From a virus (taxonomy: Duplodnaviria > Caudoviricetes): a stretch of 38,911 nt of DNA. Below the pieces are notes generated by a model. That model was not told the origin of the DNA. It did not search any database and worked only from the letters and a program-made list of their open reading frames with translations. Positions 25,325 through 33,792 of the stretch are shown piece by piece. The position numbers and the translations under genes were made by a program. The stretch's first letter is position 1. The number at the start of each line of letters is the position of its first letter. The stretch is from positions 1 through 38,911 of the IMG/VR virus record IMGVR_UViG_3300045454_000142; one strand, given 5' to 3'.

Positions 25325-25687
25325 TTACATGCATTCTCGGCTGTCAGCGAAAAGATTGCTTTCCTCGCATTTCACCAACCACCGCCGCAGACCCGTGTTT
25401 AGGTTTAGCTGCCACACGGCGCGTTTGGTTTCCACTTGTTCGTCAGTCAGGGGCAGGCTACTCGGCGCGGGTCCAACCCAATAGTGGACCTGGCAGACGG
25501 GCTTGCCAGCGCAAGCATCGGCTACTGCTAGACGGTAAACATCCTCGTTCTCGGCTTGCTCAGGCGACACAGATACAAGCGTCATGAGACCTGCCTGACC
25601 ACTGACACTGTAGTCGGCAGCTAACAGCCAAGAGGGGGCGCCCATTGCGATTGCGGTTAATCCAAGGGCCAGCATTCTCGTTTTCAT
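25325..25687 (-). CDS. Exported/periplasmic protein with 4 Cys (lysogenic conversion candidate)
   Basis: Signal peptide MKTRMLALGLTAIAMGAPSWLLA; third gene of the repressor transcript. Confidence 0.7.
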   Translation of the reverse strand: MKTRMLALGLTAIAMGAPSWLLAADYSVSGQAGLMTLVSVSPEQAENEDVYRLAVADACAGKPVCQVHYWVGPAPSSLPLTDEQVETKRAVWQLNLNTGLRRWLVKCEESNLFADSRECM

Positions 25688-25744
25688 CGTCCTACCCTTC
25701 ACATCAAAGATTTTCCCAATCAGCGCACTCGCTGCGCCATTCCA

Positions 25745-26242
25745 TTAACGTCTGCGACGCAGCTCAGCCTCAATCGTGTCGATATACGCCTGACTATCTC
25801 TCATCAGCCGTCCTTCGACTCGCCGAATCCGCATCATCCAGGTCGACAGAATGGCCATGAGAACAATCATGGGGGCCAGCACATAGGGCATGGTCTGCGG
25901 CCCCAGGTTCCACAACCACCCACTGAGCAAACCGACAGCCATCAGCACAAGCATCAGCATCAAAAGTAGGCAGGGCGCATTCAGCCAGAAGCCACGCCAG
26001 CCGCTCCACCACTGCGCCTTCCAATGATCCAAATGGCTGAGCAATTCGGAGACCGCCAGATCCCCCCAGGTGCGCTTCTGCTCCTGCGGGTTAAACACGA
26101 TCTGGGTGCCACCCAGTGAGATATTTCCAGAGTTATTGCCGCCTACAGTGATCGAGATCGAGCGTTCCTTTCCATCCTTAGGCAGCGCGTCAATCTCCTT
26201 GCCCAACAGCTCGGAAAGCCTCTGCAGATCATCTTCCTTCAC
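25745..26242 (-). CDS. Two-TM inner-membrane protein (moron)
   Basis: TAAGGAG RBS and GTG; two hydrophobic helices. Confidence 0.75.
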   Translation of the reverse strand: MKEDDLQRLSELLGKEIDALPKDGKERSISITVGGNNSGNISLGGTQIVFNPQEQKRTWGDLAVSELLSHLDHWKAQWWSGWRGFWLNAPCLLLMLMLVLMAVGLLSGWLWNLGPQTMPYVLAPMIVLMAILSTWMMRIRRVEGRLMRDSQAYIDTIEAELRRRR

Positions 26243-26266
26243 ATCTCACTCCTTATGCGCCGTGCG

Positions 26267-26743
26267 CTAACGGTTCACAACCAACTTCAAAATCCGCTCA
26301 ACCTTGGGCTCATCCAGGGTGGGCTCGTCTGCCAAGACGTTGTAGACCTCTGCCGCAACCATCACCAGGCGCTTGGCTGGCCAACGCCTACCAGCCTTCG
26401 CGGCATAGACCTCTAGCAGATCAACGATTCGCGAGAGGCGCTCACCATCGATTACCGGAACTGCATCGGACTTCGTGACCGGATTGCCCCCCTCGGTCAT
26501 ATGTTGCGACGTCGCAACATATGACTGATCAGTCGTCCTTGGCGACCGACTACCAGTCAGCACATAAAAAACATCAACCCCCGCAGCTGCAACAGCCGCC
26601 AGGTATCCCGCATCGGGCTGACGCTCATCCTTCTCGTAGTTGATCTGGGCGCGCTTCTGCACCCCTCCAACCTCAGCGAAAGCTGGCTGGCTTAATCCCA
26701 GCCTGTCTCGCTCCTCTTTTAACCGCTCACCTATGGTGCTCAA
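26267..26743 (-). CDS. Prophage repressor (XRE HTH, c-like), TTG start
   Basis: IGERLKEERDRLGLSQ..YEKDERQPDAGYL..VDVFYVLTG; AGGTGA RBS; divergent from the early operon; no S24 peptidase domain. Confidence 0.9.
   Translation of the reverse strand: MSTIGERLKEERDRLGLSQPAFAEVGGVQKRAQINYEKDERQPDAGYLAAVAAAGVDVFYVLTGSRSPRTTDQSYVATSQHMTEGGNPVTKSDAVPVIDGERLSRIVDLLEVYAAKAGRRWPAKRLVMVAAEVYNVLADEPTLDEPKVERILKLVVNR
26496..26525. repeat. Perfect 30-bp palindrome inside the repressor gene
   Basis: GTCATATGTTGCGAC|GTCGCAACATATGAC. Confidence 0.95.
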
Positions 26744-26787
26744 ACGATCACCTAACGCTTGACAGGTGCACGAATGAGCACCATCAT
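26735..26787 (+). promoter_or_regulatory. Early promoter TTGACA-17-CATCAT with two 18-bp operators
   Basis: -35 at 26759-64, -10 at 26782-87; GGTGCTCAAACGATCACC (26735-52) and GGTGCACGAATGAGCACC (26765-82). Confidence 0.8.
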
Positions 26788-26833
26788 CAGCCACACAAAC
26801 ATTATTCATCTTTGCATCACAGGAGCCACCGCC

Positions 26834-27052
26834 ATGGCCACTGCAACCAAAGCCCTAACCGCCGAGCAGGTGAAGCAACGCTTCAGAGCCCGAGGCAAAA
26901 CCTTCACCGCCTGGGCCGAGGAGAACGGATACACCCGCAACGAGGTGTACCGCGTACTCAACGGCCAGGCCAAAGCCAACTACGGCAAGGCTCACGAGAT
27001 CGCCGTCAAGCTCGGCATGAAGCTCGAAGACGAAGAAGCCGTTGCCGCCTAA
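26834..27052 (+). CDS. Ner/Cro-like DNA-binding protein (BcepMu gp16 family)
   Basis: WAEENGY..VYRVLNG..GKAHEIAVKLGMK; AGGAG RBS; first early gene. Confidence 0.88.
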   Translation: MATATKALTAEQVKQRFRARGKTFTAWAEENGYTRNEVYRVLNGQAKANYGKAHEIAVKLGMKLEDEEAVAA

Positions 27053-27093
27053 GCCCCACCACCCTTTCGCCAACCACCGCGAGGGACACCGCC

Positions 27094-27672
27094 ATGTCCG
27101 ACCAACCGCAACTCGCCGCCGAAGAGATCGAGCTGATCCCACACCCCATGGACGCCTGGCGCACCGCGCTCAATGCGCTGATCGCCTGCGCACCTGGTGA
27201 TGGCCCGGCCATCGCCGCTCACCTGGCCGAAGCCCGCCAGCAGGCCCTGGTGTTCGTCGATCGCACGCCGGCCAGCAGCTACACCAGCAAGCTCGTCGAT
27301 CGCCTGATGCTGCTCGGCGCCGGCCGGCTTGTCGGGGAACAGCTGAAGGCCAAGGCCCACCAGGATCTGCGCAACGAGCTGGGCTTCAGTCATCACGCCC
27401 CGTTGCTCGGTATCGACTTTGCCGCGCTCGGTTCTAGCGAGGCGGGCGAGATCAGTCATCGTTTGCTGGCACACCTAGCGCGATCCCACGCAGCAAAGCC
27501 GAAAGCGTCTGATGTCCCTCCTTCCAGTCAGCATCTGGCTGAGTCGAGCCCAGCATATCCAGATCGTCAGCAAGCCCATTCAGATCAAGGCCGTGCTCCA
27601 GCGCCAGGCGGCGAGTCAACGCCACATACGCCGAACGCATCGCAGCAACAAGAACAAGAGGGTCAGCAGTAG
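27094..27672 (+). CDS. Hypothetical early protein with a low-complexity tail
   Basis: GAGGGA RBS; folded-looking N-terminal ~120 aa. Confidence 0.6.
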   Translation: MSDQPQLAAEEIELIPHPMDAWRTALNALIACAPGDGPAIAAHLAEARQQALVFVDRTPASSYTSKLVDRLMLLGAGRLVGEQLKAKAHQDLRNELGFSHHAPLLGIDFAALGSSEAGEISHRLLAHLARSHAAKPKASDVPPSSQHLAESSPAYPDRQQAHSDQGRAPAPGGESTPHTPNASQQQEQEGQQ

Positions 27673-27676
27673 CCAT
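27452..27676 (-). CDS. Small antisense protein (74 aa)
   Basis: GGAGA RBS and ATG; amphipathic helical sequence. Confidence 0.6.
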   Translation of the reverse strand: MATADPLVLVAAMRSAYVALTRRLALEHGLDLNGLADDLDMLGSTQPDADWKEGHQTLSALLRGIALGVPANDD

Positions 27677-27799
27677 GTCCGTATCTCCGGTCGGGGTGAA
27701 TGTACCCCAACAGGCTGGCATTTTGGCAACAGCGTTGCCAATGAGCAAAAAGCCTATTTGTTTGCACGCCGCCTCCTGCCACGCCGGGAGGGCCATCCA

Positions 27800-28279
27800 A
27801 TGACGCGCCGCTCTTGGAAGAACGCCCAGCCCAGCAGCATCCGTCAGGCCATGGAGTGGTCGCTGGAGTTCGCCAAGGAGCGGCACAACCTGAGCGTCGA
27901 GCGCATTGCCGAACGCATGGGCCAGGCCAACCACTGGGCCCTCTACAAGTGGCTCACCGAAGGGCGCATGCCTGCTGTGCTGATCCCGGCCTTCGAGCAT
28001 GCCTGCGGCATCGCCCTGGTCAGCCGCTGGCTGGCATCCACCAGCGGCAAGCTGCTGATCGACATTCCGTCCGGCCGCACCTGCACCGCGCAGGACGTGA
28101 ACGAGCTGCAGGCCGTACTCAACGCGACCACGGGTGCCCTGATCGCCTTCTACCAGGGCCAGGTCGATGCCGACGCTGCCCAGGCAGCGCTGCAGTCCGG
28201 CCTCACCAGCCTGGCCTGGCACCGCGCCAATGTGCAGCAGCACGCCAACCCACAACTGGATCTCGGAGAGCAGCCATGA
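27800..28279 (+). CDS. Phage regulatory protein (HTH, CII-like)
   Basis: LSVERIAERMG..LYKWL..GRMP; GGGAGG RBS. Confidence 0.7.
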   Translation: MTRRSWKNAQPSSIRQAMEWSLEFAKERHNLSVERIAERMGQANHWALYKWLTEGRMPAVLIPAFEHACGIALVSRWLASTSGKLLIDIPSGRTCTAQDVNELQAVLNATTGALIAFYQGQVDADAAQAALQSGLTSLAWHRANVQQHANPQLDLGEQP

Positions 28280-28500
28280 GCCCGGAAAGCCTCGCCCTAA
28301 TCATGGACATGCATGAAGCCTTGGAGCCGTTCGACGGCTACCGCGAGTGGAACGCCGTCAGCCAGCGGGCATTCGTTCGCCACTGCCAGAACCTCGGCAA
28401 GCCCCTGGCCCAGCTCACCATCGAGTATCTGCATAACGCAGCACAGGCCGCCAATGAAGCGGCCGCCGACTACTTCGCACTACTCAGGACTTCAGCATGA
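28276..28500 (+). CDS. Hypothetical protein (74 aa)
   Basis: GGAGAG RBS; ATGA overlaps at both ends. Confidence 0.7.
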   Translation: MSPESLALIMDMHEALEPFDGYREWNAVSQRAFVRHCQNLGKPLAQLTIEYLHNAAQAANEAAADYFALLRTSA

Positions 28501-28805
28501 CCACCCCACGCACCTCCGACAGCGGCGCGCGAATCCTGCGCGTGCTCAAGGCCCTCAAGGGCTACAGCCTCACCGGCATCAGCAACGGCGAGTTGGCAAA
28601 GGGGCTCGGGGAGAGCCCGGCCAACATCAACCGCGCCATCAACACCCTGATCGCTGAAGGCCTGGCCGTGAAGCTCGACAACGGCCGCTTCGCCCCAAGC
28701 ATCGCGCTGCTGCAGATCGCGCAGGCCCACGCCAACGAGATGGGTGCCGCACAGCACCGCATCAACGAGATCAACCAACGCGTGCTGGCCGGTGCCAGCC
28801 GCTGA
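28497..28805 (+). CDS. IclR-type HTH DNA-binding protein
   Basis: RILRVLKAL..GISNGELAKGLGESPANINRAINTLIAEG. Confidence 0.8.
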   Translation: MTTPRTSDSGARILRVLKALKGYSLTGISNGELAKGLGESPANINRAINTLIAEGLAVKLDNGRFAPSIALLQIAQAHANEMGAAQHRINEINQRVLAGASR

Positions 28806-28821
28806 CAACAAGGAGCACCAC

Positions 28822-29103
28822 ATGGACTTCAATCGACTGACCAACGCTCTGCTCAGGGGCGAACAAAAGCACAGCGAGCCCTTCATGCAGGGCATGACGG
28901 CAGTGCTGCGCAACCGTATCGACCAGACCCTGGTCACCAGCCCTTACCAGGCCGGCACCGTCGAGGCCGATGCTTTCGAGCATGGTCGCCTGCGCGGCCA
29001 TAACGAGTTCCGCAACGCGCTGATCGAGGCCGACAACAACCGCTTCCAAGCAATCAGCCGCATGCAGAAGCTGGCCAACGGCAACGCACAGGAGGCCGCT
29101 TAA
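28822..29103 (+). CDS. Hypothetical protein with PY..GT.EADAF..G motif
   Basis: AAGGAG RBS; abuts the next gene. Confidence 0.7.
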   Translation: MDFNRLTNALLRGEQKHSEPFMQGMTAVLRNRIDQTLVTSPYQAGTVEADAFEHGRLRGHNEFRNALIEADNNRFQAISRMQKLANGNAQEAA

Positions 29104-30065
29104 TGTCTCGTAAAGCCGCCCCCGCCGCCGAGCTGGTACAGGACGCCCCGGTCAACGAAGAAGCCGTCAACGTCATCCAGAACCTGGGCGCAATCGCCCA
29201 GGGCCTGCAGGACGAGCGCGACCTGGCCAACCAGATCCTCGGCCAAGTACAGATGGCCCGATCCATTGCCCGTTTTGCCGACGTCGTCAGTTTGTCGAAG
29301 CTCGCTCACATCAAGGAAACCAAGATGTACCGGGCCTTGCAGGGCAAAAAGGGCATCGACGCCGACGGCAACGAAATTGCAGACGTCGGCACTTGGGACG
29401 GTTTCTGCCAAGCCCTTGGCCTGTCCCGCTCGAAAGTCGACGAAGACCTGACCAACCTGAAGGCATTCGGCGAAGAGGCGCTCAAGCAGCTGGGCGCCAT
29501 TGGCGCCGGTTACCGCGAGCTGCGCCAGTGGCGCCGCCTACCCGACGACGCCAAGTCCGCCCTTATCGAAGCCTCCAAGCAGGGCAACTTCGAGGCCGTG
29601 CAGGTGCTGGCCGAGGATCTTATCCACGCCCACACCAAGGAAAAGGACGAGCTGCAGAAGCGCCTCGCCGACACCCAGGCCGACTACGAAGCCCAGGGCG
29701 AAGTGCTGAGCAAGAAGAACGCCGAGTTGGATCGCACCAAGCAGGAGCTGGCCAAGGCCAAGCGCCGCATCGAGACCATGAGCGCCGACGAAGCCGCCAA
29801 GGAGCTGCGTCAGGAGGTGGTGGGCATTGCCTTCGAGGCCGAGGCCGACATCAGCGGCAAGCTGCGCGCCGCCTTCACCACGCTGGATCAGCACGCCAGC
29901 GAGACCGGCAGCGACCACCGCGCCTTCCAGGCCCAGCTGATCGCCCACCTGCAGCGCCTGCTGGGCGAGTTGCGCGCCGAGTTCCAACTGCCCGAGGTGG
30001 GCGATGAAGAGGACTTCGGCTGGATCAACCAGGAAGGCGCGAGCCTGATCAAGGACGAGGCCTGA
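29103..30065 (+). CDS. DUF3102-like coiled-coil protein preceding the transposase
   Basis: TWDGFCQALGLSRSKVDEDL..FGEEAL; conserved position in B3-like phages. Confidence 0.75.
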   Translation: MSRKAAPAAELVQDAPVNEEAVNVIQNLGAIAQGLQDERDLANQILGQVQMARSIARFADVVSLSKLAHIKETKMYRALQGKKGIDADGNEIADVGTWDGFCQALGLSRSKVDEDLTNLKAFGEEALKQLGAIGAGYRELRQWRRLPDDAKSALIEASKQGNFEAVQVLAEDLIHAHTKEKDELQKRLADTQADYEAQGEVLSKKNAELDRTKQELAKAKRRIETMSADEAAKELRQEVVGIAFEAEADISGKLRAAFTTLDQHASETGSDHRAFQAQLIAHLQRLLGELRAEFQLPEVGDEEDFGWINQEGASLIKDEA

Positions 30066-30068
30066 CCC

Positions 30069-31844
30069 ATGAGCGCCGTCATTACCCAACGCCTGGTTGA
30101 CCTGGCCCGCGCCCTGGAGCGCGCGGGCCATGGCCAGCGCACGGCGCTGTGCCAAGCAGCGGCGCAAGAACTCGGCCTGAGCCAGGCCACCATCTACCGC
30201 AAACTGGAGGAGGTCACCGTGGCCGCCACCTCACGCAAACGCCGCGCCGATGCCGGGCAAAGCGCGCTCACCCGCGACGAGGCGTTGACCATCAGCACCG
30301 CGCTGATGGAAACCGCCCGGCGCAACGAGAAGCGCCTGTACTCAGTAGGTGATGCCGTGGATGCCCTGCGCATCAGCGGCATGATCCGCGCCGAGTACAC
30401 CGACAGGAAAACCGGCGAGATCCGCCCGCTGTCGATCAGCGCCATCAACCGCGCGCTGCACGCCTACAAGCTGCACCCTGATCAGCTGCTGGCCCCGGCG
30501 CCGGTCACCGAGCTGCAGAGCCTGCACCCGAACCACGTCTGGCAGATCGACGCCTCCCTGTGCGTGCTCTACTACCTCAAGCCCAGCGCCAAGCCCGAAG
30601 AGAACGGCCTGCGTGTGATGGACTCGGCCGAGTTCTACAAGAACAAGCCGAAGAACCTCGCGCGCATCGCCGCAGACCGCGTCTGGTCGTACGAAATCAC
30701 CGACCACGCCAGCGGCTGGATCTACCTCGAATACGTGATGGGCGCCGAGTCCGGCGAAAACCTCTGCAGCGTGCTGATCAACGCCATGCAGGAGCGCGGC
30801 GGCGCCGACATCCTGCACGGCCGCCCCAGCATCCTGATGATGGACCCCGGCTCGGCCAACACCTCGGCCATGGCCAGGAACCTGTGCCGCTCGCTGGGCA
30901 TCGAGACCATCGTGCACGCACCGGGCGCCGCCCGCGTCACCGGCCAGGTGGAGAACGCGCGGAACATCATCGAGCGCAAGTTCGAGGCAGGCCTCAAGTT
31001 CAAGCCGGTCAAAGACCTGGACGAACTCAACCAGCTGGCCGCCATCTGGCGCGGCTACTACAACGCCAAGGCCAAGCACAGCCGCCACGGCAAAACGCGC
31101 TCGGCTGTGTGGATGAGCATTCGCGAGCACCAGCTGATCAAGGTGCCAGGCGTTGACGAGTGCCGCCGCCTGGCCGTGGCCGAGCCGGAGCTGCGCAAGG
31201 TCAACAGTAAGTTGCGTGTGTCGTTCCAGGGCCGCGAGTACGACGTCTCGATGGTGCCGGGCGTGATGGTTCATGACCGCCTGCTGGTCACCCGCAACCC
31301 CTGGCGCAACGATGCTGCGCAGGTGGTGGCCACCGACGCCGAGGGGCGCGAGGTGTTCTATGTGGTGCCCGCCATCGAGCGCAACGAGCTCGGGTTCGAC
31401 GTGGCCGCCGCCACCATCGGCGAGAAGTTCATCCGCAAGGCCGACACCCCGGCCCAGGTAGCTCGCAAGGAGGCCGACAGGCTGGCTATGGGCGCCGACA
31501 CCCAGGAGCAGGCCGACGCGGCCCGCAAGGCCCAGGCCATCCCGTTTGGCGGCAAGCTGCAGCCCTTCAAGGAAATGACCGAAGCCGATCTGCCGACCTT
31601 CCTGCCACGCCGTGGCACTCAGCATGACCTGGTGCTGCCGACCATCGAGCTGCCGCCGCTCTCGGTATTCGCCGCCGCCAAGCGCCTGCAGGCCGAGTTC
31701 CCGGCCTGGGGCGCCGATCACTATGCCTGGCTCAGCCAGCACTACCCGTCAGGTGTTCAGGAAGATGCCTTGCCTGATGTCCTGGCCGCTCTACGCGCTG
31801 CATTCACCCAACGACCCAAGCTCACTCTGGCAGGAGGTGCCTGA
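30069..31844 (+). CDS. DDE transposase (MuA-like)
   Basis: HPNHVWQIDAS, TDHASG, MMDPGSAN, GQVENARNIIE. Confidence 0.93.
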   Translation: MSAVITQRLVDLARALERAGHGQRTALCQAAAQELGLSQATIYRKLEEVTVAATSRKRRADAGQSALTRDEALTISTALMETARRNEKRLYSVGDAVDALRISGMIRAEYTDRKTGEIRPLSISAINRALHAYKLHPDQLLAPAPVTELQSLHPNHVWQIDASLCVLYYLKPSAKPEENGLRVMDSAEFYKNKPKNLARIAADRVWSYEITDHASGWIYLEYVMGAESGENLCSVLINAMQERGGADILHGRPSILMMDPGSANTSAMARNLCRSLGIETIVHAPGAARVTGQVENARNIIERKFEAGLKFKPVKDLDELNQLAAIWRGYYNAKAKHSRHGKTRSAVWMSIREHQLIKVPGVDECRRLAVAEPELRKVNSKLRVSFQGREYDVSMVPGVMVHDRLLVTRNPWRNDAAQVVATDAEGREVFYVVPAIERNELGFDVAAATIGEKFIRKADTPAQVARKEADRLAMGADTQEQADAARKAQAIPFGGKLQPFKEMTEADLPTFLPRRGTQHDLVLPTIELPPLSVFAAAKRLQAEFPAWGADHYAWLSQHYPSGVQEDALPDVLAALRAAFTQRPKLTLAGGA

Positions 31845-33043
31845 TGCTGATGCTCAAAAAAGACCTGGCCTACAACGACCTGACCCAAGCGGAGCTAGGC
31901 CGCGAACTGAATTACTCCAACCCGACCATCGCGCAACTGCTCAACCACAACATGTGGCCCAAGCGCGTGGCGCCCGAGGTGCTGAAGGCGCGGATTCTCG
32001 ACTGGCTGGCCCGCTGCGGTGCCACCGTCTCGAACGATCCGTTCGCCGTATACGAAGAAAAAGAGAAGGCGCAGGAGAGCTGCAACTCCCCCGCGCCTGA
32101 GTCCCCCGCCGAAGACGCTATCAACAACGAGGAGCACAACCCCATGCTACTACGCCGTCAAACGCTGTCTCCAGAAGCCAAGAAGGTGTTCGGCCTGTTC
32201 CGCGACCCCTTCGCCGAGCCTGGCAGCAGCGACGAGCTGTTCATGTCGCCGGACATCCGCTATGTCCGCGAGTCCCTGTACCAGGGCGCCAAGCACGGCA
32301 ACCTGTTTGCGGCGGTGGTCGGCGAGAGCGGCAGCGGTAAGTCCACGATCCGCAAGGATCTGCGGGCGCGCATCGCCCGCGACCGGCTGCCCATCGTGAT
32401 CATCGAGCCCTATGTGCTGGCCATGGAGGACAACGACATCAAGGGCAAGACCCTGAAGTCGGCGCACATCTGCGAGGCCATCCTGGAGGAGATCAGCCCG
32501 GCAGCCAAACCGGCTCGCTCCAGCGAGGCACGCTTCCGCCAGGTGCACCGCGCCCTGCGCGAGAGCGCCAAGATGGGCAACAAGCACCTGCTGATTATCG
32601 AAGAGGCCCACAGCCTGCCGGTGCCCACCCTCAAGCACCTCAAGCGCTTCTTCGAGCTGGAAGGCGACGGCGGTTTCGACAAGCTGCTGTCCATCGTCCT
32701 GCTTGGCCAGACCGAACTGGGCCGTCGCCTCGACGAACGCACGCCGGAAGTGCGCGAGGTGGTGCAACGCTGCGAGCTGCTCACCCTCAACCCGCTGGGC
32801 ACCAACCTGGACAGCTTCCTGGCGCACCGTTTCCAGATGGCCGGCAAGCAGCTCGGCGAAGTCATCGAGCCCAGCGCCATCGCCGCCCTGCACGCCAAAC
32901 TCAGCAGCCCCGGCAGGGGCAATCAGGCGGGCTACTCGGTGGCCTACCCACTGGCCGTGCAGAACGTCATCACCGCCGCCCTGAACGAAGCCGCCGCCAT
33001 CGGCTCGCCGCTGGTGACGGCTGACATCGTGCAGGGGGTGTGA
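31844..33043 (+). CDS. Transposition AAA+ ATPase (MuB/ExeA-like) with N-terminal HTH
   Basis: Walker A GESGSGKS, Walker B LIIEEAH, LLGQTEL. Confidence 0.92.
   Translation: MLMLKKDLAYNDLTQAELGRELNYSNPTIAQLLNHNMWPKRVAPEVLKARILDWLARCGATVSNDPFAVYEEKEKAQESCNSPAPESPAEDAINNEEHNPMLLRRQTLSPEAKKVFGLFRDPFAEPGSSDELFMSPDIRYVRESLYQGAKHGNLFAAVVGESGSGKSTIRKDLRARIARDRLPIVIIEPYVLAMEDNDIKGKTLKSAHICEAILEEISPAAKPARSSEARFRQVHRALRESAKMGNKHLLIIEEAHSLPVPTLKHLKRFFELEGDGGFDKLLSIVLLGQTELGRRLDERTPEVREVVQRCELLTLNPLGTNLDSFLAHRFQMAGKQLGEVIEPSAIAALHAKLSSPGRGNQAGYSVAYPLAVQNVITAALNEAAAIGSPLVTADIVQGV
32052..32098 (-). terminator. Antisense intrinsic terminator inside the ATPase gene
   Basis: 13-bp stem at 32067-32098, fully paired (two G-U) only on the minus strand, then TCTCTTTTTCTT. 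Confidence 0.55.
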
Positions 33044-33046
33044 GCC

Positions 33047-33439
33047 ATGGCCAACCTGCAGAAATTCACCCTGAGCGACGACTGGAAGGACTGGTCGATC
33101 ACACTGGAAGTTGACCTCGACATCCTCACCACAGAGCGCGCCACCGAGATCAATGAGTTCTGGAGCGGTGACGATGATCGCCTGAGCGATGCGGATGGCG
33201 ATGTGATCCGTGCTGTCGTCAGGCTGGCTGCCGAGCGCTTTGTTTTCGCCTTCTTGGAAATCGGCGGTGCCTTCGTCGAAAAAGACGGTTGGAACGCAGG
33301 CCACTGGACTAAGCGGTCGCTGCACGAACAGGAAGGCTGGGGCGGCAGCGAAGAGGGCAACGCCTTCGGCTGGTGTGGCATCCGCCTGGTTGATGCCGAT
33401 GTGCAAGTCGACCTCGATCTTGAGTTCAAGGGGGCATGA
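33047..33439 (+). CDS. DUF2528-like protein
   Basis: EINEFWS..RL..DGDVIRAV; EGW..GIRL. Confidence 0.7.
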   Translation: MANLQKFTLSDDWKDWSITLEVDLDILTTERATEINEFWSGDDDRLSDADGDVIRAVVRLAAERFVFAFLEIGGAFVEKDGWNAGHWTKRSLHEQEGWGGSEEGNAFGWCGIRLVDADVQVDLDLEFKGA

Positions 33440-33792
33440 CCATGCGCGCTCCCAACGTCATCCCGCTCAGCGCCAAGATCGCCGCCGAGATCTCCATCCA
33501 GCACGCGCTGCCCATGTGCACCGTGCTGACCCCTGAACTGGCCGACAAGCTCCGCGCCCTCAACGACATGACCCGCCGCCTGCGCGCGGCGGGCGTGCGC
33601 ATCGAGGCCGCATCGCCGCTCGACGGCAAGATCTTCATCAAGGCCGAGGACTCCGATCAATTCGCCGCATCGTTCCGCAGCGAATGGCGCAGCCCGAGCT
33701 GGAGCGACCACGGCACCAACACCATCAACAGCGTCCGCCTCGGCGGCTGCTACGTCTGCTGGCTGACGCCGGCAAAGGGGCTGCAGCAATGA
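33436..33792 (+). CDS. Hypothetical early protein
   Basis: ATGA overlaps; LGGCYVCW C-terminus. Confidence 0.7.
   Translation: MTMRAPNVIPLSAKIAAEISIQHALPMCTVLTPELADKLRALNDMTRRLRAAGVRIEAASPLDGKIFIKAEDSDQFAASFRSEWRSPSWSDHGTNTINSVRLGGCYVCWLTPAKGLQQ

Noticed and set aside
26496-26525. Palindrome as a protelomerase (telRL-type) site
   Set aside because: No protelomerase gene in the window, and the element replicates by transposition
27049-27474. 141-aa minus-strand ORF
   Set aside because: Reads as the antisense of the folded part of 27094..27672; no convincing RBS
27723-27741. Dyad as an IHF or Fis site
   Set aside because: Spacing and bases do not fit WATCAANNNNTTR or the Fis consensus
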